The position numbers and the translations under genes are program-made. A DNA stretch of 64,000 nucleotides from Pseudomonadota bacterium (GTDB taxonomy: Bacteria > Bdellovibrionota > Bdellovibrionia > Bdellovibrionales > SG-bin7): NCBI GenBank assembly GCA_034439715.1, contig JAWXAY010000029.1, forward strand, positions 96,001 to 160,000, written 5' to 3'. Of this stretch, positions 27,760 to 38,166 are shown piece after piece. The notes beneath the pieces are model-generated. The model ran no database searches. It saw only the letters and a list, made by a program, of their open reading frames with translations, and was not told the DNA's origin. Position 1 is the stretch's first letter, and every line of letters begins with the position of its first letter.

Positions 27760-28937
27760 AAAAAGAAATACTATTTTTTGGTTTGTTATTTGGATTTATT
27801 CTTTTCCTTGTCAGCTGTGAGTCCACGCCTCCCCTTGCGCCAGTAGGCGAATCCCTTCCTTTTGCCGAAGCTACACGCGAAGGTGCAATCTTGCCGCCGC
27901 CTATTGCGCCAGGCATATTACCTGCCCCACCAATGACAGTTTCAGAATATACAGTGCTGCTGCCGGCCGACCTTCCTCCTCTTCCCAAAACATTTGCCGA
28001 ATTCAAGGAACCCCCCGTTCAAATGCTTACTCAGAGTGGTGAAAATTTTAACGCAGCATTTTCGAGCAATGGAAAAAAAATCTTATTCAGCAGTCGTAAT
28101 CGACCGCAACATCTACAAGCTCAAGCTTATGAACTAAATCTCGAGAATAAAAAGGAAAAACGTGTCACTCACCAAGATGGCGATGTCATTGAAGCCAGAT
28201 ATCTCGGAGACAACAAACTCGTTTATGTTTCTACCACTGACGAACAAAAGGAAAATCTTGCTGCCCTAGTAAAAGGTCTCTCCAAATCAGGTGCGGCGCA
28301 AATACCGGTCATTATCCAAGAAAATAATTCTAATTTGCCCACTGAAATTTACTTAGCGAATAGCGATGGTAGCCATATTCGGAGGATTACTGACGCCAAA
28401 GGCTTTGATGGTTTTACCTCAAACCCCTCTGGCAGTAGAAATCTTATCTATACCTCATTTCGAAATGGCAACGGCGAACTTTACTTGTTTAATTCGATTT
28501 CAGGCGTTCAACAAAAATTAAGGACGTCTCTCGGCGCCGACATGGAAGGACAACTTTCTACTGATGGCAAAAGGATGGTCTGGGTTAATAAAGAAAAAAA
28601 TGGCGCCGACACACGTCTGATGACAGGAAGCTACATGGCGGCGAATCCAAAGGCTTTAAAATTAAAAACCGGAATTCATCAGAGTCCGAGCTTTAGCCCC
28701 AATGCCGAAACTATTTTATTTAGCTCTAACTTTGAAAATCCCAATAATTCCGAGATTTATGTTTATCTGGCCGCGACTGAATGTGTCCGCAAAGTAACCC
28801 AAAATCCAGCGCAAGATAGAGCACCTTCTTTTAGCCCCGACGGAAAGAAAATCCTATTCACCAGCACACGAAGCGGCCAAGATCAGATCTATTTAATGGA
28901 TTTTGAGACATCCCAGGCTTGCATTTCAGCGCAATAA
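27756..28937 (+). CDS. TolB-like PD40 beta-propeller lipoprotein with Pro-rich linker
   Basis: Lipobox LVSC; repeated PSFSPDGKKILF motifs; ATGA overlap with mutY stop. Confidence 0.8.
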   Translation: MKKEILFFGLLFGFILFLVSCESTPPLAPVGESLPFAEATREGAILPPPIAPGILPAPPMTVSEYTVLLPADLPPLPKTFAEFKEPPVQMLTQSGENFNAAFSSNGKKILFSSRNRPQHLQAQAYELNLENKKEKRVTHQDGDVIEARYLGDNKLVYVSTTDEQKENLAALVKGLSKSGAAQIPVIIQENNSNLPTEIYLANSDGSHIRRITDAKGFDGFTSNPSGSRNLIYTSFRNGNGELYLFNSISGVQQKLRTSLGADMEGQLSTDGKRMVWVNKEKNGADTRLMTGSYMAANPKALKLKTGIHQSPSFSPNAETILFSSNFENPNNSEIYVYLAATECVRKVTQNPAQDRAPSFSPDGKKILFTSTRSGQDQIYLMDFETSQACISAQ

Positions 28938-28954
28938 TAGCTTAAAGTTTATAA

Positions 28955-29527
28955 ATGAAACTAATAATATCAATTCTGACACTGAAAGTAGCATTGGCAA
29001 TATTAAGTGTTCCCCTAGCGCTTGCGTCTCCGGCGCCGGGTGCCCTAATGTCATTAGGCACAGACACCGCAAGTCTTTACCGCTCTCCACTTGGTTTTAA
29101 AATCGACTCTGCTGAAACCGCTTGGGAACGAATTTCTCCGACCAAAAAAAGTAAATTTGTTATCACCCAGTACCGCGCTAAAGAAAGTTATAAAAATATT
29201 TTCGCTTCGTTAACTTTGAGGCGAGATTCGTTGAAAAAAAAACAGAGCCTTGAGGATTACGTTGAGAAATGGCTTGGCCAGTACCCTAAATTTGGTTTTG
29301 ACGTGATCGGATCCAAACGCTTAAAGTCTAAATCCAAAGATAGCTCTAGAGAAAATGAAGGCTTTTTAATTGATCTCGTGAGCCGCGATGGACTCAAACA
29401 ACTTCGCCAAGTGGTTTACGTTCATGATAAGAATGCTTTTGTACTCACTTGCCGCGATCATAAAGAAAATTTTAAAAAATCTTTGAAAGACTGCAACAAA
29501 ATCATCCGCTCTTTTGAATTCGAATAG
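28955..29527 (+). CDS. Secreted hypothetical protein (PsbP/DcrB-like fold possible)
   Basis: 190-aa ORF with signal peptide; Y....GF.I N-terminus and II.SF.F C-terminus. Confidence 0.65.
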   Translation: MKLIISILTLKVALAILSVPLALASPAPGALMSLGTDTASLYRSPLGFKIDSAETAWERISPTKKSKFVITQYRAKESYKNIFASLTLRRDSLKKKQSLEDYVEKWLGQYPKFGFDVIGSKRLKSKSKDSSRENEGFLIDLVSRDGLKQLRQVVYVHDKNAFVLTCRDHKENFKKSLKDCNKIIRSFEFE

Positions 29528-29529
29528 CC

Positions 29530-30675
29530 TTAAAAAACATTACTTAGAATTTCGGTGACGGCCTCAGTGTGAGGACAAGCAAACTTATGGTTCGCTTTCG
29601 TTTCCTGCGTCTTAGAAAATCTAGGTATCATTAGTATATTTACGGGACTGAATCTTTCCAGCGCAAGCACGTCTTTAGACTTTTGAAACACCGAATTCAT
29701 TTCTTTTTTGTGGTTATTAATAAGATTCTTAGCGGCCTCATAAGCGTCAGTACTAAGCGATAATTGATCAGTTGCCGCAAGAGAAATATAGCGATCAAAA
29801 TCAGCCACTGGGCTATTTAAGAGCTCGTATAACTCGAGTCCTTTTTTATAATTTGACTCAATATATCCCTGTGATGATCCAAAACTTTTTGGCATGTACG
29901 AAAATTTTGAATAATCTCCAATGAGTTCGCTTTCAATTGTCATTTCCTCCAATGCCGAGCCCACTACAAGGTCATCAAAAAGTGTCAAAAGGTTAGCCAG
30001 CAAATCGATTCCTTGCTGAAGTCCTGCTTTAATTTCTGAATAATTTTTTGCCTGGCCATCATTTAGATAAAATTTGCTATTCAACTCACCCGAAAGCTTA
30101 GTAAAATCAGAAATCACTCGATTTTGACTTTTGCCTTGCTTGGTACTTTCAAGTTCAAATAGGTGATGCATGAACTCATGAACCAAAGTCCAACGGGACG
30201 TATCGTTTCTTACCAAAATAGTAGCGTCATGCCCTGGTAGTCTCGAATAATTTTCGGGTAAATATACTCCTAACAATTTACTTCTATCGTCCTCAACGTC
30301 GCCAACAACATCATCCCAGAACTTTTGAAAAACACCATCAGCTCTGCCAATCTCGCTAAACATCGAGCAACCATCATTAGTATTTGTACTCCTAAAGACT
30401 TTTACCTGACCTTTCTCGGTCATGTATTTAAAGGTTTGAGCCGCAGAAGATTTCTGAATATTTTTAAGGTGGTGGCTACTATAAATCTTTGAAAATGAAG
30501 TCGTTTTTAACTCCTCAGGAAAAGAAGAGTAGCTTTCACCTTCATCATATTTAAATTCGCAAGACTCAGAGGAAAACCCCGCAACACCCACTCTATTTTT
30601 GCTACTATTGGATTTGCCGCAGCCCACTACGCTGATTAAAAGTGCTCCGATCAAGAAGTGATGAATTAATTTCAA
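29530..30675 (-). CDS. Lipoprotein with HEXXH zinc-metallopeptidase motif
   Basis: Lipobox VVGC; TLVHEFMHH and downstream EE. Confidence 0.7.
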   Translation of the reverse strand: MKLIHHFLIGALLISVVGCGKSNSSKNRVGVAGFSSESCEFKYDEGESYSSFPEELKTTSFSKIYSSHHLKNIQKSSAAQTFKYMTEKGQVKVFRSTNTNDGCSMFSEIGRADGVFQKFWDDVVGDVEDDRSKLLGVYLPENYSRLPGHDATILVRNDTSRWTLVHEFMHHLFELESTKQGKSQNRVISDFTKLSGELNSKFYLNDGQAKNYSEIKAGLQQGIDLLANLLTLFDDLVVGSALEEMTIESELIGDYSKFSYMPKSFGSSQGYIESNYKKGLELYELLNSPVADFDRYISLAATDQLSLSTDAYEAAKNLINNHKKEMNSVFQKSKDVLALERFSPVNILMIPRFSKTQETKANHKFACPHTEAVTEILSNVF

Positions 30676-30770
30676 AATATCCTCCCCAATTTAAAATTGC
30701 TAAGCACCCTATCTCAGTTTTTTTTAAAAAAGGATAGCGGGAACTATTAGTGAAATGACTTAATGCGGAG

Positions 30771-30803
30771 CAGCCCGCTGTTATGGGCTGGTACCTTACG
30801 AGA
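30771..30803 (-). repeat. REP-like repeat copy overlapping a hairpin after the helicase stop
   Basis: Reverse complement TCTCGTAAGGTACCAGCCC (30803-30785); CAGCCC-N8-GGGCTG hairpin at 30771-30790. Confidence 0.7.
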
Positions 30804-30804
30804 A

Positions 30805-32478
30805 TTAATTGAATATTTTTTTAAGAAAGCCTTTTACTTTTTCAGTAATGCCGGTAGCTGGTTTTGGTTTTGCGGCGTATTGCCTCGGTGGCGTCTTATT
30901 ATTGTATGATTTGCGAGGAGGCGGCCGATTATCTCTATTACCCCGCAGGTCTCTATTTTCTTGTGTGCCACTTCGGTTGGGTCTCTGATCTCTGGTCTGT
31001 CCTCTGGCTTGATCTCGATTGTTTCTATTGTCACTCGGTGGTCCCTGTTGACCATGTCGTCCTGTTAGTCTGTCCCGGTGTGCCTGATTGCCCTGTCCTT
31101 CGCTGCGACTCTGTGCCTGAGGTCGATCACCACGGGGTGGACCATCATTTCGTGGTCCGCGAGAAGGCAAACCATCTCGACGTTGAGGTCTATCGGGGCG
31201 ACGACCTTGACCTTTATCATGACCCGGCCATTTACTGGTAGGAACCCCCAAGTGGCGCGGTCGGCTTTCTCGAAGAAAAGGTTTAAATTCTTTTACGAGT
31301 TGCGCTTCGTCCATCCATAACACGGGCAAAGTATTTTTCAAAAACTCTTGAACTCTCTCTAGCGAAGGCACGTCATCATCAGAAACTAAACTAAACGCTT
31401 CACCCGTTTTACCTGCTCGACCCGTTCGACCAATGCGATGTACATAAGTTTCGGCATCTTCAGGCATGTCGTAGTTCACAACCAGATCAACACCTGTCAC
31501 ATCAAGACCTCGAGCAGCAAGATCGGTTGCGACTAAAATATTTTGCCCACTATCATCGGCCTTAAACTGGCCCATTACTCGGTTGCGTTGGCTCTGACTT
31601 AACAGACTTGAAATTCCAACTGCCGGGTGACCATTAGAAGTCAGGAAGGTCGCAATTCGATCAACGTTATGCTTGTAGTTAGTAAAAATAATCGCCTGTT
31701 TTGGCCCTTGCGCGCGAATCAGCGATAAAAGATGCGACGGCTTTTCACTGTTACCGACATGATAAATCGCGTCTTTAACATTCTCAGCTTTGGCCTGGTC
31801 TCGGCTTAAATTAATTTCAATAGGATCTGAACCAACTTGATAGGCCATGTTTAAAACATCAAAATTGAGAGTCGCACTAAACAGCAAGAGCTGCCGCTCT
31901 TTTGGAATTCGCGTTAATATATATTTTACATCATCCTTAAAACCCATATCGAACATACGGTCAGCTTCATCAAACACAACGCCACGAACTTGCCTGAGAT
32001 CCAAAAAATGCTCTTTATAAAGATCAATAAGTCTGCCGGGAGTCGCAACAACAAACTCAACGCCGCTCGCAAGATCTTCTTTTTGTTTATCGTAGCCAAC
32101 TCCGCCATATATTGTAGTTATTCTTAGATTAGTATCGCCTCGTAACTGATGAAAATGCTCTTGCACTTGCTCGGCAAGTTCTCTCGTAGGAACTAAAACC
32201 AATACAAAATTTCTGTTTTGCCAATCAGGATAGATTTTGGTTTCAGGCTTAAGAGGCTCTGTTTCAGTCGGCGGATTTTTACCCCAAAGGACGCGAGTCA
32301 TGAGTGGCATTAAAAACGCCGCTGTTTTTCCTGTTCCTGTTTGTGAAAGTCCGGCAATGTCTCGTCCCGCAAGAACATGAGGGATTGCGGCCTCTTGGAT
32401 TGCAGTACAGTCGGTAAAGCCCAATTTTTCTACAGCGGATTTAATGCTGGGATGGAGATCAACTTCGGAAAATTTCAA
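30805..32478 (-). CDS. DEAD-box RNA helicase (RhlB-like) with disordered C-terminal tail
   Basis: QTGTGKT, PTREL, TPGRL, DEAD, SAT, ARGLD, HRIGRTGR. Confidence 0.95.
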   Translation of the reverse strand: MKFSEVDLHPSIKSAVEKLGFTDCTAIQEAAIPHVLAGRDIAGLSQTGTGKTAAFLMPLMTRVLWGKNPPTETEPLKPETKIYPDWQNRNFVLVLVPTRELAEQVQEHFHQLRGDTNLRITTIYGGVGYDKQKEDLASGVEFVVATPGRLIDLYKEHFLDLRQVRGVVFDEADRMFDMGFKDDVKYILTRIPKERQLLLFSATLNFDVLNMAYQVGSDPIEINLSRDQAKAENVKDAIYHVGNSEKPSHLLSLIRAQGPKQAIIFTNYKHNVDRIATFLTSNGHPAVGISSLLSQSQRNRVMGQFKADDSGQNILVATDLAARGLDVTGVDLVVNYDMPEDAETYVHRIGRTGRAGKTGEAFSLVSDDDVPSLERVQEFLKNTLPVLWMDEAQLVKEFKPFLRESRPRHLGVPTSKWPGHDKGQGRRPDRPQRRDGLPSRGPRNDGPPRGDRPQAQSRSEGQGNQAHRDRLTGRHGQQGPPSDNRNNRDQARGQTRDQRPNRSGTQENRDLRGNRDNRPPPRKSYNNKTPPRQYAAKPKPATGITEKVKGFLKKIFN

Positions 32479-32570
32479 AATTCAATTCCTCAAAACAACT
32501 TAACACATGATATCAAGTTTTTAAAACCAAGTAGAATCTAGCCGATATAGCAGGGTAAAGTCAAAGAACC

Positions 32571-33290
32571 ATGGCGCGAAATATATTATCTTCACGAATT
32601 CAGCGTAAATCTCAACTCACCCCCACCATCACCGAATTTGAAATCGTCATGCAGGAGCCTGTGGAGCTTATTTTTAAGGCGGGGCAGTTCATGATGTTAA
32701 ATATTCCCCCAAAAGAAGGTCAAAAAAGGCCTACACTTCGGGCTTATTCGATTTCTTCAGATGCTAACGATAAAAACGGCTTTAAATTGCTCATTAAGCT
32801 TGTATCGGGTGGCCTGGGCAGTGAGTTTTTACGATCAAAAAATGAAGGTGATGAGCTGCAATTCACTGGCCCCTTTGGCAAATTGTTATTTTTAGAGCCT
32901 CCGACTTCTCGGGTGGTTTTTGTGTGCACGGGGGCTGGTCTGTCTCAACACATGTCTTTTTTGCTAACTCATGGCGCGAAATATCCTCAAACGAAATTCA
33001 CAATGCTACTGGGGGTGTGGAACGAAACAGAAGTATTTTATCAGAGAGAGTTGGCTGACCTTAAAAGTAAATTGAAGAATTTTGAATTTCGTTTTGTTTT
33101 GGATAAAGCCGGGCCCGGTTGGGCAGGTCTCACGGGATTTGTAACTGATCATTTAGAAAAAATAGACTATACGAATCCGCACTCTACTTTTTATCTCTGC
33201 GGAAATCCCGCTATGATTAATAGCGTGACAGAAAAATTAAAAGCAATTGCGGTAGAGCCAGAACGAATTTTAGCAGAAGCATTTTCTTAA
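32571..33290 (+). CDS. FAD/NAD(P)-binding ferredoxin reductase-type oxidoreductase
   Basis: FKAGQF, RAYSISS, GPFG, TGAG, YLCGNP, EAF. Confidence 0.88.
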   Translation: MARNILSSRIQRKSQLTPTITEFEIVMQEPVELIFKAGQFMMLNIPPKEGQKRPTLRAYSISSDANDKNGFKLLIKLVSGGLGSEFLRSKNEGDELQFTGPFGKLLFLEPPTSRVVFVCTGAGLSQHMSFLLTHGAKYPQTKFTMLLGVWNETEVFYQRELADLKSKLKNFEFRFVLDKAGPGWAGLTGFVTDHLEKIDYTNPHSTFYLCGNPAMINSVTEKLKAIAVEPERILAEAFS

Positions 33291-34115
33291 TCAAGTTTTG
33301 AAAAAGTCTTTTACGGCCGCAGCAATCTTTTGTGGTTGATCGGCATGAACCCAATGCCCCGCCCCCGGGATTACCACGCCTTTGATATTATTATTCATAG
33401 AAAGCACTTTTTGGTAAACTTCGGGACTCAATTCTTTTGAGTTTTCACCGCGAATCAAAAGGGTCGGTATCTTGAGCCCGGCCACTTCTGTCCAGCGGTC
33501 AATGGCTCGGCCTAACTTTACCGATTCTAAAATCCCCGGTAAATAAAATCGCCAGTTAAAGGACCCGCCGGCCTGACCATCTAAATTTTGTTCGGCTAAA
33601 TTGCTATACAGAAATAATCCCAGCGTTCTCGCGTTTTCGGGGCCCTTATATAGCTTTATAAACTCGTTCTGAAAAAATTTGCGAGCTAGTTCTTTGGACA
33701 TAAATGGCACTGGTACTAAAGCTAAGAGTTCTTTAATTTCGTTTTCCCCTTTGGGAGATCTCTCGGGTCCAATGTCTTCAATAACCAGTTTTTCAACCCG
33801 CTCCGGAAAACGCGTAGCAAAATTTAGTGCACTTCTTCCACCCATTGAATGACCCATTAAATAAATTTTAGGCCATTTAAGCTCGTCCAAGATCTTGACT
33901 AAATCTTCAGCATAATTTTCAGGAGCATAGCCAGTCTTGGGCTTAAAACTTCGGCCATGGCCCCTTTGATCATAAACCAATACCTCGTAATCAGCCTCAA
34001 ACTCTTTGGCAACGGTTCGCCAGTTAGATCCATAGCCCATTAGTCCATGAAGAAAAACAAGTTTCTTGTCGCCTTTACCATAAATTTGGGAGAAAAAGTT
34101 TATTGCATAACTCAT
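33291..34115 (-). CDS. Alpha/beta hydrolase (YbfF-like esterase)
   Basis: LHGLMG, DQRGHG, GHSMGG nucleophile elbow, AGHWVHAD. Confidence 0.9.
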   Translation of the reverse strand: MSYAINFFSQIYGKGDKKLVFLHGLMGYGSNWRTVAKEFEADYEVLVYDQRGHGRSFKPKTGYAPENYAEDLVKILDELKWPKIYLMGHSMGGRSALNFATRFPERVEKLVIEDIGPERSPKGENEIKELLALVPVPFMSKELARKFFQNEFIKLYKGPENARTLGLFLYSNLAEQNLDGQAGGSFNWRFYLPGILESVKLGRAIDRWTEVAGLKIPTLLIRGENSKELSPEVYQKVLSMNNNIKGVVIPGAGHWVHADQPQKIAAAVKDFFKT

Positions 34116-34154
34116 AATGGGCGACTCTTAATTGCTCTATAAGGACATTATTTT

Positions 34155-35393
34155 TTGGTAGATGAAGTCAAGAAAAAACCTAAACTTAACCGCGACTGGA
34201 TCGATTTTGACGCTCACGAAATCGTCAAGAAACTTCAGCGAAATGGCTTTCTCACCTATCTGGTAGGTGGCTGCGTGCGAGATCTTTTAGCTGGGATTCC
34301 GCCAAAAGATTTTGACATCGCTACCAATGCTCTCCCACGACAGGTAAAGACTTTTATTTATAACTCGTTTATTATTGGGCGACGATTTCGCTTGGTTTTG
34401 GTCAAACGCGGCCTCAAACAGTTTGAAGTTGCGACATTTAGACGCGAAGTCAGACCTGATGAATTCCCAGAGGGCGTACCACCAGGTGATAATATTTTTG
34501 GCTCGCCCGCAGAAGATGCTCAACGTCGCGATTTTACCGTGAATGCGCTTTTTTATGATCCCATAAAAGATGAAATCGTCGATTACTGTGACGGCCTAAG
34601 TGATATTAAAAATCGAGTCATTCGAGTCATCGGTGATCCTAACACCCGAATGATAGAAGACCCCATTCGCATATTGCGAGCACTGCGACTCGCTCATAAG
34701 TTAAGTTTTACAATCGAACCCAGTCTTAGGGGCGCAATGCTGACCAATGCCAGTGAACTGACTAAATCAGCACTCCCTAGACGGCGCGAAGAAATTTTAA
34801 AAATCTTACGACTCTCTGACCCGCTGATGGCATTACAAGAGGCTCATGACTTGGGTTTACTCCAACATCTAGCACCCACGCTGGATGAGGTGTTCAAATC
34901 ACCTGAGACAAGCCAGAATTTTTCAAGTTACATGCATCGCTTTCATAATATTGTCGGCGACCCCGCAAACCCTGTTGAGCTTTTTGCTGTTTTAGGTTTG
35001 GCCTTCTATCGTACCATGATTGAAGCCGACCCCTATCAGGTAAAATCTATTGACGAAATTTTAGAAAATCCACTCATTCTGAGTTTATTTAGAGACGAGC
35101 TCGGCCTTTTTAATTTAGAGCAAAAATTTATTGCTAAAGCGCTTCACCAACAGCCCGAACTGCTAAAAACCAGAGAAAAAACCCTAGATACTGCGCCCCA
35201 AGCAGAAAGTCCCCGTCCTTCGTTGGTCAACAATGAATCCTTTGGCGTTACACTTCTTATGGCCTATGCGGATCATTTGATTTCGCCTTCAGAACTTTTT
35301 TTCTGGAAAAAGGAATACGAAAAGGCCATTCAAAAATTGCGAAGTCGACCCAGCTCACGAGGGCGACGCTTTAGTCGAGGCCCAAGAAGGTAA
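34155..35393 (+). CDS. pcnB: Poly(A) polymerase I
   Basis: LVGGCVRDLL..PKDFD, IIGRRFRL (PAP-specific), RRDFTVNAL, EDPIRILR. Confidence 0.88.
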   Translation: MVDEVKKKPKLNRDWIDFDAHEIVKKLQRNGFLTYLVGGCVRDLLAGIPPKDFDIATNALPRQVKTFIYNSFIIGRRFRLVLVKRGLKQFEVATFRREVRPDEFPEGVPPGDNIFGSPAEDAQRRDFTVNALFYDPIKDEIVDYCDGLSDIKNRVIRVIGDPNTRMIEDPIRILRALRLAHKLSFTIEPSLRGAMLTNASELTKSALPRRREEILKILRLSDPLMALQEAHDLGLLQHLAPTLDEVFKSPETSQNFSSYMHRFHNIVGDPANPVELFAVLGLAFYRTMIEADPYQVKSIDEILENPLILSLFRDELGLFNLEQKFIAKALHQQPELLKTREKTLDTAPQAESPRPSLVNNESFGVTLLMAYADHLISPSELFFWKKEYEKAIQKLRSRPSSRGRRFSRGPRR

Positions 35394-36358
35394 CCCAGGC
35401 GGGCCGCGCCGACAGCGCCGGCTTTAACGTCAAGCTCTGCGATTTCAATTTTAGCGCGAAAGGCCGAGTGACGGATGCTGATAAGCCTTTCATATTCTAA
35501 CAGTAGAACATTCCAAAAAAGGTCTTTGATCTGAATCATGCCACCCGAAAATAAAATTTTCTCTAAGTTAAAGCCAAGTGACAAATTAAAACATAAAACC
35601 GCGAGTGCGCGAGCAGCACCGGTAAAAAGTTTTTGATATTGATTTTGGCCATTTTTAATCTCGTGAACCAAATCAACTGCGGACTTTCCTTGAAAACCCA
35701 TCTCACGAGCGAGTTTAACCAAGGCGGTGCCCGAGGCCAAACCTTCAAAACATTGAAAATACTGATCGGTGTTATCTTTGATGTTAGAGATATCTACAAT
35801 TTGGCGTCCCCATTCCCCACCCATGCCTCTATATTGCAACGGCTTTCCCTTAAAGATAACTCCAGTACCAATTCCCGTGCCAACGGTAACGACAGCAAAA
35901 TTCTCTAAGCCTTTTGCGCCTCCCAACCAACCCTCACCAAGGCTTGCAGCCATCGCATCATTTTGAAAAGCAATTGAGTGCCTAATTTTATTTTTCAGAA
36001 GTTCTTTTTTTAATAGTTTTATAATGGGAAATATTTTCCAGCCCTTAAAATTGCTGGGCTCTATTAATTCGCCGGATTCAACATTCATCGGTCCAGCCGA
36101 GGCCAATCCGATGCCCACTATTCGGCCTAACTTTTCTTTGCGAATAAAGTTAACGGTCTCGACAATCGCTGCACACATTATCGCAATAACTTTTTGCTGA
36201 GAACTTTTGGGGTCATCAATTTCAGAAATCTCGAGAGCTATAGACTTAAAAAATTTTTCGCGACCTTGAGTTGAGATGAGTGTCCAGGCTAGCTTGGTAC
36301 CACCGAGATCAAGGCCGATGAGCCACTCCTGAGACTTATTTCTTTTTTTAGATGTCAT
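35330..36358 (-). CDS. ROK family sugar kinase
   Basis: GLDLGGTK, QNDAMAA..GE...G, VGTGIGTG, GGEWG, FEGLASG; 3' end overlaps pcnB by 64 bp. Confidence 0.88.
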   Translation of the reverse strand: MTSKKRNKSQEWLIGLDLGGTKLAWTLISTQGREKFFKSIALEISEIDDPKSSQQKVIAIMCAAIVETVNFIRKEKLGRIVGIGLASAGPMNVESGELIEPSNFKGWKIFPIIKLLKKELLKNKIRHSIAFQNDAMAASLGEGWLGGAKGLENFAVVTVGTGIGTGVIFKGKPLQYRGMGGEWGRQIVDISNIKDNTDQYFQCFEGLASGTALVKLAREMGFQGKSAVDLVHEIKNGQNQYQKLFTGAARALAVLCFNLSLGFNLEKILFSGGMIQIKDLFWNVLLLEYERLISIRHSAFRAKIEIAELDVKAGAVGAARLGYLLGPRLKRRPRELGRLRNF

Positions 36359-37823
36359 CTTCGTTGGCAATTTGGGTAATCCCAGTTCCAGTATAAAAAT
36401 AGGTTAATATCTGCTCGGCCGTCTTGCCACCCTCGGCAAACAAAAGGGCACCGTACTGTGACATTCCAACGCCGTGACCATAACCATGCCCTGTTACCTT
36501 TTGTTGGCCTTTTTGATCGGGCGGATCTAAGCGATAGAGATAACTTCGAATAGAGCCAAAAAGCATTAACATCGCTCGGCTTTGCCTACGATTCAATTTT
36601 ATTTGTTCACCATTCATTAGGTTTATATCTAAAGTCCAAACCCTTCCGGTTTCACCAATAAGCCCCAGAAGCATTTCGTCCACCTCAATCATACTTGGAA
36701 AACCTAAGGTCAAAAGTTTTTGCTTTATTGTTTCTCGAGTGACGTTGGCAAACTGGCCCCATTTACCATAGGGCTTTTCAAGGACACCCTCAGCATCAGG
36801 CACTGAAGTTAAGTAGGGTGGATTTTCACTTTGAAGTTCAAAACACTCTTTTGCGGAGCAGGTAACTCCACCAGAGTTAGCCGAAAAATAGGCTTTTATG
36901 ACCTCGCCCTGATAGGTAACAATTCTATGCCGACTTGATTTTACGGCTTCGTTAGTTTGCGGAGCTTCAATTTTGAGCGAAGATTCTCCCTGACGATACT
37001 TCACCCCACGATAACTTTGGTACCAGGTAGTGGGATCTACATCCCAATTACGTTTTAGTTTATCGCGAGAATACGCCAATTCATATAGCGCATAAGTGCG
37101 AGCAGCGATCGCTTGCGTGCGAAGCGCCTCGGGATGCCATTTAGCACTAATTTCAGAGGGTAAAACGGATTGCAAATAATAATTAAGTGGTAAAACGTTT
37201 AATACGGACCAAAGCGATCGGGGGTCTTGACTTTTTTCAGGTGCCCGCGGCAATTTTTTATCGAGTACCTTTCTAATTCTTGAGTGAATCGGAAAAAAAT
37301 CGGTCTTTGTAATCAAAAATCCGCCTCTCATATCGAGTGACATTTCGACAGATTCGTTTTCGGCATTTTTTTCAGACTTATCCCAAAGCACTCGGCTAAG
37401 ACTAGAATTATCTTCTGGCGTCAATATCAATTCCTCAAGAGGAATTTCCGTTCCATCGACAAAAAGTTTTTCCTTTAAAAAATCAAAGGTAACGGTTTTG
37501 CCACGGCCCAAAATTTTGTTATCCGAAAATCTTAGGATTTGAAAAAATTTTTCGTTCTGGATACTAAAATTAAAGGGATTGCGCACCACCGGAAATGGGT
37601 CACGATAGGGAGAGGAAAGTATGGGGAACATCCGCACTTTAATATCAAGCGCACGGCGGTTCTGCGAAAGTGAGTAGCTAGGTCCAATAATATTTTGAGT
37701 CGTGCCCGCGCGCAAAAGCTCAATTTTTTGTACTAAGGGCCTGGGGTGCTGCACCAAAAGCAGAGGCTTAGCCCATGCCGAAATCGAAAAACATAGTCCA
37801 AACACTAGGCTCCGCAAAAACAT
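36348..37823 (-). CDS. SpoIID/LytB domain lytic transglycosylase
   Basis: YLQSVLPSE, EALRTQAIAARTYA, GHGYGHGVGMSQYGA, ILTYFY. Confidence 0.9.
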   Translation of the reverse strand: MFLRSLVFGLCFSISAWAKPLLLVQHPRPLVQKIELLRAGTTQNIIGPSYSLSQNRRALDIKVRMFPILSSPYRDPFPVVRNPFNFSIQNEKFFQILRFSDNKILGRGKTVTFDFLKEKLFVDGTEIPLEELILTPEDNSSLSRVLWDKSEKNAENESVEMSLDMRGGFLITKTDFFPIHSRIRKVLDKKLPRAPEKSQDPRSLWSVLNVLPLNYYLQSVLPSEISAKWHPEALRTQAIAARTYALYELAYSRDKLKRNWDVDPTTWYQSYRGVKYRQGESSLKIEAPQTNEAVKSSRHRIVTYQGEVIKAYFSANSGGVTCSAKECFELQSENPPYLTSVPDAEGVLEKPYGKWGQFANVTRETIKQKLLTLGFPSMIEVDEMLLGLIGETGRVWTLDINLMNGEQIKLNRRQSRAMLMLFGSIRSYLYRLDPPDQKGQQKVTGHGYGHGVGMSQYGALLFAEGGKTAEQILTYFYTGTGITQIANEDDI

Positions 37824-37968
37824 GCAGCACTCTCTAACAACAAAGGGGTAAATAACAAGATTCTTCTATAGCCTGAAGGAGATTGTGTGTTGTGTCAAAT
37901 CGTAAGTTAACCGTCCAGTTGAGTTCGTACCGGTTTTATACGATAAGTAGTTATTCGAGGAGGCTTGT

Positions 37969-38160
37969 ATGGGCTTTATGAGTGGCGGTCATTGGATAAT
38001 AATTTTGGCGATTGTGATGTTACTATTCGGGGCCAAAAAACTACCTGATCTTGGCCGCTCTGTCGGCGAAGCCATCCGAGGCTTTAAAAAAGGCCTCAGC
38101 GAAGACGAAGTCGACGTGACAGCTAAGAAAAAAGAAATCGACGACAAAAACAATTCTTAG
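37969..38160 (+). CDS. tatA: Twin-arginine translocase subunit TatA
   Basis: LLFGAKKLPDLGRSVGEAIRGFKKGL; GGAGG SD. Confidence 0.93.
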   Translation: MGFMSGGHWIIILAIVMLLFGAKKLPDLGRSVGEAIRGFKKGLSEDEVDVTAKKKEIDDKNNS

Positions 38161-38166
38161 GGATTT

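Noticed and set aside
33291..34115. Alpha/beta hydrolase as MenH
   Set aside because: More than 20 kb from the men operon, and GHSMGG/AGHWVH fits YbfF-like esterases better.
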